Shown: positions 49,809-63,500, counted from the first letter of the stretch. The stretch: DNA of 64,000 nucleotides from Paraspadella gotoi (GCA_051294375.1 CM119270.1:5278152-5342151), one strand, 5' to 3'. Numbers and translations are program-made. Notes: generated by a model from the sequence alone, not told the origin.

Positions 49809-50794
49809 CTACATGGTGACAATTTTACAAGTGCCGGTAAAAAAACCCTGTCATTTGCAAACCAGTGGTTATTTCATAGATTTTAAAAATTAGTTGAGTA
49901 GAAAATATTAAGTCATGTTATTGTGTTCAAATTTTATGTTGATGCAGTTTAGATATGCCTTGACAATTGAAGTGGAGAAAGATGGCTTCCTAAAATCGGG
50001 TTCATTTTCCCAAACTCACTTTTTTTAGAATTCAATTTTTTCTCTATTTTCAGTAAGTTTTCTAAAAGAAATTTTGGAGTAAAATAATATTAATATTATT
50101 GATCTTCTGAAAGCCCTTTCAAATCTAAAGCAGAATGACATGCTTACAATATACTGTAGTATTAGAAATTTAACCGCGCCGCAGCTTTAATTTAATTAGG
50201 ATACTCAAAAAACCAAGAGATCTTTTTCCAAAATCAATAGCTGTGAAAAGGGTTAAATTTAGGCATTTTTATCAAATTATGCATTGGCTTACTTAAATTT
50301 TTTTCAGGCTCCTTTCATGATACTTATATAAATAATTAATATTTTATGTTTAATAATTTAAACAGGTCATATATTTTTATAAAAAATTGAAATTTTATGT
50401 AATTAAATTTTGACTCTCTTAATTGAACCAAGGCTGGGCAAGATTAATTTTTATGTTAGAGCTTTCATAAGTATAAATCATTCTGCATTCAGATTTTTTA
50501 AGGGATTTCGGGAATATTAATATTGTTAATATCTTAATAAATACTTAAAAAAGTGCTAAAAGCTTTGAAAAAAAATTGAATTTAAAAATAGTGAGTTTGG
50601 AAAATGAAACCCGATTTAACAAGCCAACCTCTCCACTTCATTGTCAGGGTATATCTTAACTGACCAATTAAAATTTGAACAACATAAATGACTTTAATAT
50701 TTTCTACTAATTTTTTTAAAATCAATGAAATAACCACGCGGTTTGCAAATGACGCGTTTGTTTTACAGGCGCTTGTAAAATTGTCATCATGTAG
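49809..50794. mobile_element. MITE/foldback element with ~230-bp imperfect terminal inverted repeats
   Basis: 49809-~50040 (CTACATGGTGACAATTTTACAAG...CCAAACTCACT) is the reverse complement of ~50570-50794 (AGTGAGTTTGG...CTTGTAAAATTGTCATCATGTAG); TAT on both flanks. Confidence 0.8.
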
Positions 50795-50844
50795 TATTAG
50801 GAAAATAAGGTTTTACAGGAACTAATGAGAGAATAAAAATTTAA

Positions 50845-53800
50845 TTAAAAATGGTACACATAGCAGGGTAAAAACTGGTCTGGATTTTTAATAATCATTT
50901 CTCTCATATAATTATTAGGATCTGGTTGAACTGCTTTGTGGTCAATGTCTACTTTTCCTGGTAAAACACGAAACAAGATGAGGCCATTTCCATAGGATTG
51001 ACTTTTGCTGGGAAATTCTGAAAAATAACTTCCCTGACCATGAATTCTTCCATGTTTCATAGGTCTGTTTGGATCTAAATTATGTTTTAAAATGCTATCA
51101 ATATTACAACTGTCAGTGCCATGAAAAGCGAGAATTTCTTCATCATACCCATGTCTTGACAATTGTTTCTTCTTTGCTTCAAATTTTACTTCAAGGCTTT
51201 GATTAAAAACTACATCAATAGATTTAATTTCATCTTTACCCGAATAGGACAATTGCGATTTATCTTTTAGCATCATTCTTAAATAATGAGCCTCGGCCTT
51301 AGCAAAATGAATTTCCATGGGATCTGAGGGGTTTTTGCTTCTTTTGGTCTTGACATTAGTTTTGGAATATTGTTTATTCATTGCTAGGTTCATTGCTTGG
51401 ATAGCTTTATATCCCGGAACAGAAGTGCATGAATAATGAATGATATATTCTGGATAAGCTTGGGCTGGATTAAAGATCACGAATTCATCAAATCGAACAC
51501 CTCCTGTACCACGAGTATCACGAGGAGCAAAAACGGAATCTCTCTTTAATTTTTTAAGCTTGTTGAAATCAAATTTTTCAGCTCCCGATATTTTATGTGT
51601 TCTGCCAAGCAGCACCTTACATAAAAGTAGTTTATTAGATCCTTTTGTATACATTTCCTGAGCACTTTTTGAAGAATCAGTGGCAAAATAAATTCCTTTG
51701 CCATACATACCTTCATTTGATGGTAATCTAAATCCTTCATTAGTTATGCCTGTTACTCCTTCATTAGATGTTCCATGAAACTTTTCCGCAATATCATCAC
51801 CAAAACAATTCAGTTTTGCCTTTTCAAACTGGAGTTCTAAATCAGAATTCCTAACTTTTTTTATTGCTGTGATTGTGGGATGCCAATTATGACTTGGCTG
51901 TATAAACTTTAAAACAAGATCTTTGATTCTTTGATATTCGGCCGAGGTTTCATCATCCTCTCTAATGTCTTCAGTTGAAACAATTTTTTCTTTTTTCTTT
52001 ATATCTTGTTTCAGCTTCTCAATTCGTTTATTTGCTTGATCTTTAAAAAGTTTTAAAGAACGTTCTCTTTCTTTCTCACACAGTTGACAACTGTCATTGG
52101 AATCACACATTTCTGAACATTTTCGAGTACAAGGATGTCCACATTGCATGGCTTTCATGCATGGCATTGCACAAAAGAACATAGTGTCTGGCTGATGACA
52201 TTTTTTCTTTGCAGAATTTTTTTGACAAATTTTACACACTTGGGTTAATAACATATCACACTTCCAAATAACTGGTTCTGAACACTTTTTTCTTTTAGGG
52301 GATGGATGCTGACAGTCAGAGAATTTATATGAAATTAGTTGCTCACAATTTTCATGGTTATGAATATTTCCACATTTATTGTGACAAACATGCTTACAGG
52401 GAAATATATATGAGCATGGATGAATGCAATTAATATCCTCCTCATTTTTAAAGCACTCTGCTTCCATAGTATGACTACACTTTAAAGTAGTATTTTTTTT
52501 AGTATTACATTTTAAATCTGTTTCTTTCTCATTGCATTTTCTTTTTGATTCATGTCCACAATTTGAAAATAGAAATTTTACAGTTTCTGTGCAAAGGTCA
52601 TGGCCATGTGGATACCCACACTTATTAGTACATGCATGCAACTCACAATCCATTAACTTTGAACAGGTTTTGTTGCATTTAAGACTGCCTTCATTAACAA
52701 AACATTTTTTAGAACAGGAGTGCTCACAGCTTGAAAAAACATATTTCAATTTTACTTCACATCTGAGGTTATCTATATTTTCATAACAATACCGCATTAT
52801 TTCATGTCCGCAACCTGGAAACTTATCTGTAACCTTTTCTGCACATAATTCATGTGAATGATGTGGATAACAAGTTTTTTTACATTTATGATTCTGGCAC
52901 TTCATCAGCTTATCACAACTATACTTACAGAGTAAATTTGGATTCGCAATTACTTTCATTAATTCATCTGAGGTTTGAATCAAGCTTTGAGATTGCTCCA
53001 AATGTTTTGGACACTGAATGGGAAGGGAAGAACTAACACAATTGTTTTCGGCCATAGTTTTAATTATACTGTACCATCCTTTGTCATCAGAAAATGTATC
53101 TTTATTTCCAACAAAAAATAATGAACATTTTGCACGTGATTGAGCAACACATCTTCGATTCTGCTCTTTTAAAAATCCAATAATACCTTTTTCATTTTTT
53201 CCTGATTTATTTGATCTGACTAAAGATACAATAATATAATCATTTTCATCCCCTTGATACATATCAATTGTGGAAACGCGTGGCAAAGAACCATTTTTAA
53301 AAATATTTTTCATTGTAACAGCTTTAGTTTTGAGCTTTTCACGAAGTAATTTAACCTGTCCTAGATAAGCTGCTAAGATTGTAATTTTTTCTGGTTCATT
53401 ACCGCAACCTACTAGAAATAAAGCTAACGTTGCTGCCATCTCCGCTTCTTGAGGGTTGGTTACTGATCTACTGAATGAACTGTCATTATTTCTCATTCTT
53501 CCAGCTTCTGGAAACTCATGTGACCAGAAAAAATAAGAGCTACTGATGCAAGTAGCCGGTATATGACTATTTACTACTTCTAAATTATCCTCCAAGAAGG
53601 GGTAAATACTTTTTAAAAGACTGGAAAATTCAGGTCTCATTCTGTTTTGTTTTTCAAGGGCCTGATAAGGCATATTAGATTCAATCAATCTTTCCATCAT
53701 TGAAACATCAAAATGATACTCTTTCCTTAATTTAAAGGATTCAACCTGAGGACGGAGCTGTTTTTGATCACCAATAAGGATCAAATGATCTGTTTTAGAA

Positions 53801-56800
53801 TTCAATGCAGCTAAAAGACTAGGTTCTAATATCTCAGCAGCTTCCTCGACTATTATTATTTTTGGAGCAATTTTTCGAATTAGTTCATTATGAATTGAAG
53901 CTCCAGTTATAGTCATGCCAATAACTTTTTTTTCCTTACACACCCCGGATTTATAATTTATTTCTAAACTTCTTTTTTTTTCTATTTTTTGATCGAGCTG
54001 ACACATTCTTGCTTCCAATTTCTTTTGTAAAGTTTCACATGAGTCAAACAGTAAGGTAAATATAAACTGAATTCTTTGAATTTCGTCAAGACTCCAAATG
54101 TTTTCAACTGAAAGCATATTGTAGTCTGGCTTTAAATCAGGAGGAAAATCTGAAAGGCTAAACAAAGAATTTTTAATCGGATCTGCAATAAAATTTATTG
54201 TGCCGGATATTTTCATAGTTCTATCATTAAGAAGTTGTCTTGAAGTTTGTAATTCATTAATATAATCTTCATCCAATTCATCAGTATTTTCTTCTACTTC
54301 TTCTGAATCATTATTTTCAGTCATTGGATCAGGAGATGTATCAGAAATAAATTTAGTCTGCAATTGTTTCAGCTCTTTAACTCTTTTTTGAGAAGGAAAC
54401 CACTGCTGCAGAAGAAGATTCCAAGTATTAATTAGAAATCTATTTGTATTCATATTTTTTAAAAAATAGTCTTTCAAATCGTTATAATGATTTTCAATAA
54501 ATAAAAGCTCATTATAAAACCTTTTTTTATCCATTTTTGATAATTTTTTCAGAAAAAAATTTTTTATCTGATCAACCGACAAATACTCAAAAAATTTGTC
54601 CATTGTCAGGCTAGATTGAGAATGAATTTCATCCATAAGCAAATTAATATCATTAGATATTAATTTTATTTCCTCTTGCAATTCTCTAATATCAGAATAC
54701 AAATGAGTTGGCATACGACTTATTTTAAATAAACTACACTCATCTAACCTTTTTTCTTGGGATCTTCCACCTATCCTCACAACCTCACTAGTGCCAAATA
54801 AATCTACCATTTTTATTAAAAATTCATCCAATGCATGGTTTTTATATGTAAGCACTAGAATTGGAACTGGCACCAAACTTTCTAGATTCTCTGTATATAT
54901 ATCAGAATTCAAAAGCAGCTCAACAATTTTTACTCCTAAATAAGTTTTTCCACTGCCTGGTGGACCTTGAATAATGGCAAGACGGTTCTTAAGAAGAAAA
55001 TCCAGTGCAACCTTTTGACTTTTTTCCAATTTAGAATACAAATTATGATAATTTGAACTTGTTTGAATTTTTGACAAAAGACTTTGATTATCATCCAGTG
55101 TAATCATTAGGTAGTTCGGAATTGAATTTGGGATGTGTTTGGTAAAAATTATTTCATTAGCTAAATCAAACTCATCCATCTCAAATCGTTTTACTGCTTC
55201 CAAAACTGGTTTTAAGGAATTAAAATACACTGGTGATTCAACCATAATAGTTTGTCCTCCATATTGCAACATTGATAATATAGCTTGGCTTTTGGGTAGG
55301 CTGTTAAAATCTGACAACTCCAACATTATTACTTGTTTTTTCTTTAATATCTCTGGATCCCTTTCAGCCACGGTTGCCCAGATTGGATTGGCAAAATCTT
55401 GTTTTGGGGAGAGACAAACTAGATTACCAAACATTAATTGAGATGATTTAGACCAATCTCTCACAGGCTTGTCTGGAAGAAAAGTGACTGCAATGGACAA
55501 ACCAGAATTATTCATGTATGTACCTACTACAAATACTTTCCAGTAAACATTCATATCTCGCTTATCCAATTTATGACATTTAAAATCCTGAATACCTTTC
55601 TGAATTGATTCAAAAGTTTCAGTTCTAAGCAAACGAAAGTAGGTATCCATATAATCCTCCTCGCTTTCAAAAGGTCCATATTTTACTTGTGAAAGGTGTT
55701 TATCCTCTGAAACTAAACTTCCATTCAACTCTTCATTTGTGATGCATATTGGCATTTGGTTCCAGTTAACGTCCAGGCTTAGATCATACTTTTTATCAGT
55801 TTGTATGATTAAAAGGCAGACATTAAAAAGAAGATTCTGGGTCTCTGTTGAAGGAAAACTTTTACACACACATTTTAATATAGGTTGAAGATAATCTTTA
55901 ATGGAAGGCACTTCTTGAGCAAGACAGATTAAAAAATCTGAAATAATTTCTATTCTCGAGGATCCATTCAAAATGTTGAAATCTGGTTCACTCAAATCTT
56001 TAAAATACGACAGCCATTGTTTTTCCGGTTCTCCATCAGCCGGAGAAAACAGAACTCCTTTCATAACACATTTCATGACATCTTCTAGCTGCTCTTTATG
56101 AAAACGCTTAGCTTTTCGAATGATCACTGTTAAACAATGAATATATGGATAAAAATAGTTATCAAAAGCCCCAGAATTCTCAAAACTGAGTGAAGAAAAA
56201 AAATTCCATTGAGCTAAATTATTTAATATATCTTCCAAAACATTATGCATATTAGTACTTGACAAGTGTTCAATTAGACATGCAAAATAATTGATCAATT
56301 CAGACGAATTTCTTGAAAGGTAAAATAAAATACGGACCTTTCGGGCCATTGGTCTTTCAGTATCTCTATCACTTAAAATGTATTCCATTTTGTCACCAGC
56401 CTGTATTTTTAAAACATACAAACTTATTTTATCCGCATGTACAAAAACATCTTTGTTGTTTCCATGTTCATATCCATCATCGGGCTTAACGTATAAAAAC
56501 TTTTCATTTATATTGGGGCATGTAGTTCCTTTTCGCCACCCCTTTTTTGGGAGTATTACCATAGTATTACTTTGTTCATTGTTTACCTCATTATAACAGC
56601 CAACATAAATAGCAACAGCTTTTGGTTTTTCCTTATTTTTTCCATTTGGCTCTAAATCAAATTCTACACAAGATCCAACAGTTATGCGAACCTCTTGAAT
56701 TGAATAGTTGGAAATTTGATTTAAATGAAAGAATACAAGACGATTTTCCATTAAATTTGCATCAATAAGACCCGACACATTGTTATCCATAATGCGTTTA

Positions 56801-56873
56801 ACGTGGCCCTTTTTTGTTGTTGCGTTTGGACTTTTACCATTGTTTTTCATTGCAGGAACAATAATAGCACAAT
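50845..56873 (-). CDS. ZNFX1: Giant terminal exon of ZNFX1-like helicase-PARP fusion, paralogue B
   Basis: Same domain order as paralogue A and colinear throughout: CSD-like DVFVH, Walker A QGPPGSGKT (~54943-54966), VEEAAE, GDQKQLRP, TIDMYQGDE, RRCVAQSRAK, Cys/His array, PARP FHGT/GKGIYFA/FDEFVIF and FHGT/GQGSYFS/REMII. Acceptor AG at 56874-56875, 23 nt before internal ATG 56850. Confidence 0.92.
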
Positions 56874-56939
56874 CTAAATAACAAATAAAGAATGTATAAT
56901 AATTATATGTTTTATATCCATTTCTTATTTTAGACTTAC

Positions 56940-58713
56940 TTGAAACTCGTGATTGGCTGGATTTACTACTTATTGAAGTAGAAAGCAAACGGTTTTGCGA
57001 CATAGTTCGACTTTGAACTTGTGTGACTGAAATAGAAAAAATATAAAAGTGAAAGTTATTACAAAGAGTAAACTGTAAATTTAAATAAAAGTAAAGGTGT
57101 ACAATCCATCTTAAAATTTTCATGTCCCAAGGAAGAATATTAAAGTACAAGAAAAAAAGAGCAGCTACAGGGGTGAAATAGATACAGCACCCGAAAAAGT
57201 TTTAGCACAGTTGTGACACTGAATAAAGAGTACTGTAAATTTAAATTCTTCAGAATTTATTCTAAATATAATTAAGATTATCTTATATAATCGTTTTACC
57301 CATTATTAACGTAAATTATAAAAAACGAGACAAGGTTTATAATTTTACTAGTTTCCTTTGAGAATAAGATTACCTGAAGAAATAGAAGTGATACTCGATC
57401 GTCTAACTGTAGGAGGTAAAGAGCTTTTGCGAGTTATGGACAACTTTGAGCAGACCTCTGATGCTACTGTTTTAGGAATTGGTTTAATAAGTTTTATTCT
57501 TGATCTGTAGAATAAAATAGATATTTAGCGTTAGTCATTGCTCTTACATTATTATTTTATCAATTAATATTAGATGCATTAAACCTGGATCTCTCTCCAT
57601 CGTTATCTTGCAACAATGGATCCGTATTAATGATGGCTAGAGGAGAGTTACTTGCTTCAACATTTGCTGCAGGCTCAGCATCCAAGGAGTTAGTGGATTG
57701 GGGCAATGTTAAGTTTGGATTTTTAATCACATTTTCAGTATCCTCTGTGTCCGAAGGCTTAGTGGCGATTGAGGAAACTAAATGTAATGTAAATGCATTT
57801 GAAACCCGCTCCTCAAAAAATTAAACTTAAGTTTTTTTTTTAAATAGAATTATTAGATTATAAGATTTTTTTGCAAAAATTAGATTTATTGCGAAGATGG
57901 ATACATTTTTTTATGTATTTATTTATCATGTCATTTAATTTTGTTGTACATTATAAATGTAATGTTTTATAATCTCTCTCCTTTTAAATAAATCGTCTTC
58001 ATACTCAAACTAGTAAAACTATAGTTTTACGACATACAAACATAGTGACAAAGAATATTAATGAACTTTTTCGGTTTTAATTTTTTATGTTACATACATA
58101 CATACAGAAGTATATTACCATTTACAATGTCACAGTTGATACAAGACTGTGATGTAGACGATTTTCTGCTATGAGATACAGTCGGAGGTTGAGAAAGAGA
58201 AGAAATAGATTGATTCAACTGAATATTAGTTGGCTGTTGTCCACTGCGCGGTAATAACGGTAAAAACATTTGATAAGGTCTCCAGATGTCATTTTATATA
58301 AATAAAAGGTATTACCTTGACATTTTATTATCTTTATTTGCCTCCGTGGAGTCGATAGACGGAATATTTAAACCCTCGGCTTGAGAAGTGTTCATCGATA
58401 AAGAATTTATTCCCCCGTCGTTGAGGGGTTTTTGTGAGGGATCATCATTAACCTCTGGATCAGGGGGTTCAGGTGGAATTTCAGGTGGCGTCAGCGGCGA
58501 GCCCGCTGTGAAAGGCAAAGTAACCAGTAAGTACATTAAAAAAACTTATATAGTGATCGCGATTTGAGTTTACTATGTAGTATTTTTTTTTATATTTAGT
58601 ATAAGTTAGTCATTTCAGTAACTAAAAACTTGGTGAGGCAGATATCGATACAATGTTCTTCAACAATAAATTTTCTTACCATTTTGTAAAAATTTGTTTA
58701 AAAAAGATGACAT
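56940..58713 (-). CDS. Six small upstream coding exons of paralogue B encoding a ~250-aa Ser/Pro/Thr/Asn-rich N-terminus
   Basis: Hand-built model: 58713-58680 (ATG, MSSFLNKFLQN), 58505-58316, 58243-58119, 57777-57585, 57504-57374, 57026-56940. All GT-AG introns, all exons open and phase-compatible, joining the giant exon for a 6789-nt CDS (2262 aa). Confidence 0.75.
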
Positions 58714-59410
58714 TGATAATTCAGTTGATCGAAGAAATCTTGATAAAATCAAAAAATGTGATCCGATAATTCGCCTGTTGTTAACGAAAACAAGATAATA
58801 TTAACACGTACGAACAATTAAAAAAAAACGGGATGGGACCTTCTTGCATAATTTTTTTTTTTTTTAGAACACGTTTTTGAAACCAGATTTTTGTCCTCTT
58901 TATTCAATAACGATAAAATTTAATTAAAACAAAAATTTCAGCTCACATTTTTATGTTACGCTTATGAAGACTAAATTGAGTTTAAAAGATTTCTAATTGT
59001 AACATTTTTCTATTTAATTTCTGTGTACGCATATTGTAGACCTTTTGAAAGGGTTTAGTTTGAACACAAACAATTAAAATTGATTCACAGATTTACATTT
59101 CGTGCGAGAATAATAAAAGTCTTTTACAAAACCCTACATTATTCATGTCAAGTTTTAATTATTATTACTTTTACGAATTACTTATTATTATAAATCGATC
59201 ATACGCGTTTGAAGGTCAAAAGCTTAATTTTAATTAATTTTAAAAGGCACGAAGATACAAACTAAAATAAAATTAAAGAATATTCATATTTGAGACAAAA
59301 CCCAAAAACTTTGACTAAATGACGATAATGTTAAATAATTAATAAATTCACGAAGAAGCTGCGAGACGATAAATTAAAAACTGGTTTTTACTGAATCCAG
59401 TAAAATCCAG

Positions 59411-59584
59411 AAAAACGCTAAGTCAGAAAATTTTCACAATTCTCAGAATTAGCTCAAGCACCAATCAGAGAGACGATGAGTGGACGAATCATATTCGAAG
59501 ACGCGGCAGCTGCTTCAGGAGCATCTCTTTTGCTTCGGAGCTGCTATAAAAAAAATTCTAACAGCTTATTTCTGAGGAAATATT
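59411..59584. promoter_or_regulatory. Conserved upstream block of paralogue B (putative promoter)
   Basis: ~700 nt upstream of predicted ATG 58713; CCAAT box, TTCTCAGAA (59440-59448, TTC-N3-GAA) and TTCTGAGGAA (59570-59579); homologous to 40255-40449. Confidence 0.6.
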
Positions 59585-59786
59585 TTCTTTATTAAACATC
59601 GAGTAATATATATAATTAAGGAGAACGACCTTTATATTTGAAGAGGGACCGTTATTGTGTTAGAATTTTTAACCGACAGAGAGAAAGAATATTTCAGAAT
59701 AAAACGGACATAGAGAGAGACTCGGACTCAGCTATTGACCTATCTTTTTCTCACAAACACAGCACAGAGAGAGAGACGAGGAGAGA

Positions 59787-59839
<53 letters not shown>

Positions 59840-60219
59840 ACTATATATATATAATACAAGACCCGAACTGTACTAACTAATGAGACAAGTAAATCATTCG
59901 TTCCTACAACAAATTTACGTAAGACAATCAAGCAGACAAACTGACAAATATGTAGAAACCAAAAGTTCTTATGTACAATGGGCGTTCTAGACTAATAGTA
60001 TGCTAGGATATGTGTCCGCTTTTTCAAAATTGAACTTGATTAGCGAGAACTTTAATTATAAAACTTATTTTCTATTTTAGGATCGCTTTCTCGGTTTTTC
60101 CTCGCTTCATTTATAATCTTTTTTCTGCCATTACTTTTTTACTTTGTTGTTATTTCAGCTTTTTCGAAAACTTCTGAAGGCAAAGTACGGGTCAAAAGAG
60201 AAATGAGGAGAGAAGAGAG

Positions 60220-60251
<32 letters not shown>

Positions 60252-60269
60252 CGAGAAGAGAGAGAGAGA

Positions 60270-60449
60270 GAAGACAGGCCTACGGTTACCAAGGCTGCCC
60301 TGTCATTTGTAACGCAATGCCTGTCTCCCTTTATTTTCCGCTTCATGGGAACTTGGTTTTTTTTCTTGTTTTTTTTTTATTAACCACATTTGCTATAGGA
60401 AGAAAAGTTTACTAACTCACCAAATTATTGTTAATATTCTTATTATTTT

Positions 60450-60520
<71 letters not shown>

Positions 60521-63500
60521 AGAAAGGGAGCTATGATGCTCCGGCGCCGAAAATTCCGATAGGCATTGATTCCGGAACTCGACGACTCCAAACTAGATCG
60601 GCGCCAATTTAAGAACAACAACAACGAGACGCCCCGAAACTCCAACCGACGAGGACTGTCCAGCGCGGAATTCGGCGCGAACAAAAACCGGCGTCAAATC
60701 GAAGTTCGCGGCGTTTTTTACTTCAATTTCATCGGAGGATCGACTTTTTGCGGAGGAGACGACGATACGACAGACAAGTCGATCAAGACAACGACAGGGA
60801 AAACGACAAAAAGTAAAAAGATCGACGAACTGACGAAGACAACGAAAACATTACGAATTTCGAATCTCATCGTTTCCAACTTTATGTAAAAGAAAAAACA
60901 ACAAAACATAAAGCAAAACAAAATTTTCTAAAAAAACGTTAGCAAGTAAAACGAAAAAAAAAATCAACGAAACTCACTCAAACATTAAGATAAGAGGAAA
61001 ATCGAAAGAGACAGAGAGAAGAGACTAGGATTCTGACATCTCGACATCAGCGAATCCATACGTCTCTCTCTCACTCTCTCTTCCGCTTTTCGATTTCTCA
61101 TTCGTGACTCTATCTCGTTTTTACTTTCTCCCCATCCCCGCCCCGACCCCCTCCCAAACGAGCAAAAAATCCAAAATTTCCGTCCGATATAAATTTTCCA
61201 GATCGAAGGTTTGTCCTCTAAAGAGAGAGAGGAGGAGTAAATGTTTGGTCTTCCACAATGTCCCCCATCTGTACACCATCCGGTTCTTTGTCATTTGTCA
61301 GTACCATCTCTAAATCCCTCTCACTGAAAGCTCCCACTGTCTCCTCGCCTCGCCGTCGTCATTAAGCCCTCGCCATTCCCATCTGTATCCCACCCATCTT
61401 CTCTACAATCCCATCTGTTCCCTCTCTACTAAGTTACGAGTCCAGACGATCTAATTTATCAATCATCTTTTCGATTGCATAAAAAGAATTCGATTACTAT
61501 ATTACTAGGCGTCAACTGACCCTTTTCGATCGATTACGCTGCAATGAAATCATATTTGAAAGAATAAATGAAATCTTAATAAATATTCTGAAGTCTAATT
61601 ATCAAAACAAACTAATACCTTCTCTTCGCTTTCTTCCCTTCCCCGTTTCCCATTCTTTCAGGCTTCTCCCCCTTTGCTTGCTTCCCTTGCTTGCTTCCCT
61701 TGCTTTCCTGCCTACTTCGTATTATTGCTTCCCCTCATTTTGTCTTCCCCTACTTTATTCCCCTCTTAACATCCTTTTCTCACTTCCCCTTTCCCTTCCC
61801 ATTCGGGCTTCAGGCCATTTTGTCCAGACTAAAAAAAAAAACCAACAACAAAATAAAAATTAAAAAAAAGAAGAATAAATTGTCCCTCATAAAACTCGGA
61901 GACCGAAAGAAATAAAAACCGAGGTCCAGGAAAAAAAAACATAGTCAAGGATAACGAGGAAATAAAAAAACTTTAAAAAAATCAAAACAAAGAAAAAGAA
62001 AATAAAAGAACTGATAAAAAAAAAATTAATCGTTTTTAAAATTCGCTATCGTGATTCAGACGAAGAAAATCCATTCGGCGTCAAAACAAATGAACGTCTT
62101 ATGTTCAAAAAAGTGTGAAGGCTCAAGAGGGCGCCAAAATTAAGAGCGCCCCCCCCCCAAAAAAAAAGAATAAGTTTTGCGGATACAAAATGGCGGCCGT
62201 AGACGTCAATATCGGCAGCGTCACGGGCGTTCCTGGCGGGGTCAGCGGGGTCAGTGGCGTGCAACCTTCCTTAACCTCCCCTCCTCCCCAACGCGCCAAT
62301 GCGTCTCTCGACTACACAAATCCTCGCTCTTGGTACATCTCCACCGTTAAGAGCAAACTCGTCGAAGATTTTGTCAAGGAAAGACTCACGACGACGACGA
62401 CGACGACGACGACAACGTTGCCGGAAATCGGCGTACCCCGCTTCGCCAGGCTGCGGCGGCTGCGGCGGCGACCGAAATCCGGGGATCGGGTGAGGCTGCC
62501 GAGAATATCTGCGCCACCGGCGGAGAAATCGACTGGTAAGTTTGGGTGCGTGCGTATAATTGGTAAAATATGAGGAAAAAAAAAGGATGAAATACGTAGT
62601 TATTTGGTTAGGGACCTTCTTTCTTAAACTCGGCTGACAAAATTGTGTTGTTTCATTTAAAAAAGTCAGAGTGAACAGTAAATTCTGAATTCAATCTAAT
62701 TTTGTTTGTTAATTGTTTATTTCTTCACTAATGCTAGAACTCTTACCCAATAATATTACAGTCTTTCTATTTCTAGATTATGAGCCTGTTTATACGTTTG
62801 TTCTCTCGTCGTTACATTTTACAAATGTACTAATCCGAATTCTCACCTCCCACGGCTTCGCTAAATATTAACCGTTTCTTCGTTCTCATCGAATTCAGCT
62901 TCGTCTAAAGAAGACGACGACCACAGAGGCGACGACGATTCGACGACGACGTCTACGACGACGAAAGAGAAGACGACGACGACGACGACCCTTCCGCGCG
63001 GAATTCTAAAGAAGCGCGGCGCCGTGTCCTCGGCCGAACTGCGTCTTCTCGGCGCCGGAGTTGAGGCGGCGTTGAAAGGCGGCGTCGGGGGGGTCCAAAT
63101 CGGCGCAGAGGTAAGCACTGGCGGCGCCGCGGTCGGAATCTCTTTCGCCGATGAAGTCGTCGTGCAAGAGGTGGAGGTCAGAGGCGGCGGCGGCAGCGTC
63201 GGTGGCGGCGTCAAGGACTCCACGCCCTCATCGACCGAAGACGAAGAAGAGAGAAGCGGCGACGTTTTCCTCGACGCCAGCGACGACGCCAGAGCCGGCG
63301 CCTTTTTGACGGAACTTCCGGCGGCGCGGGATTTCGGCGAAGCGGCGTCGATGCAGCGACGTAGGCGGCGCTCGGCGGCGTCGTCGTCGGGGTCCAGCGT
63401 TGGTGAGGCTTGTGGTTTTCTAGAACATTGCTTGATAGAGTTTAAAATGTCAATTAGAATTTGAACAATTTTTTTTTAAATTCTTTTATTAACACCAAAA

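Noticed and set aside
24611-56596. Short antisense or alternative-frame ORFs overlapping the two giant exons
   Set aside because: Shadows of the main ORFs; similarity between them follows from paralogy of the sense strand.
56874-57150. N-terminal 100 aa of the 2101-aa ORF as given in the ORF track
   Set aside because: It starts at a non-ATG codon and reads through intron sequence, including a 66-nt in-frame GT-AG intron (56874-56939); the spliced model fits better.
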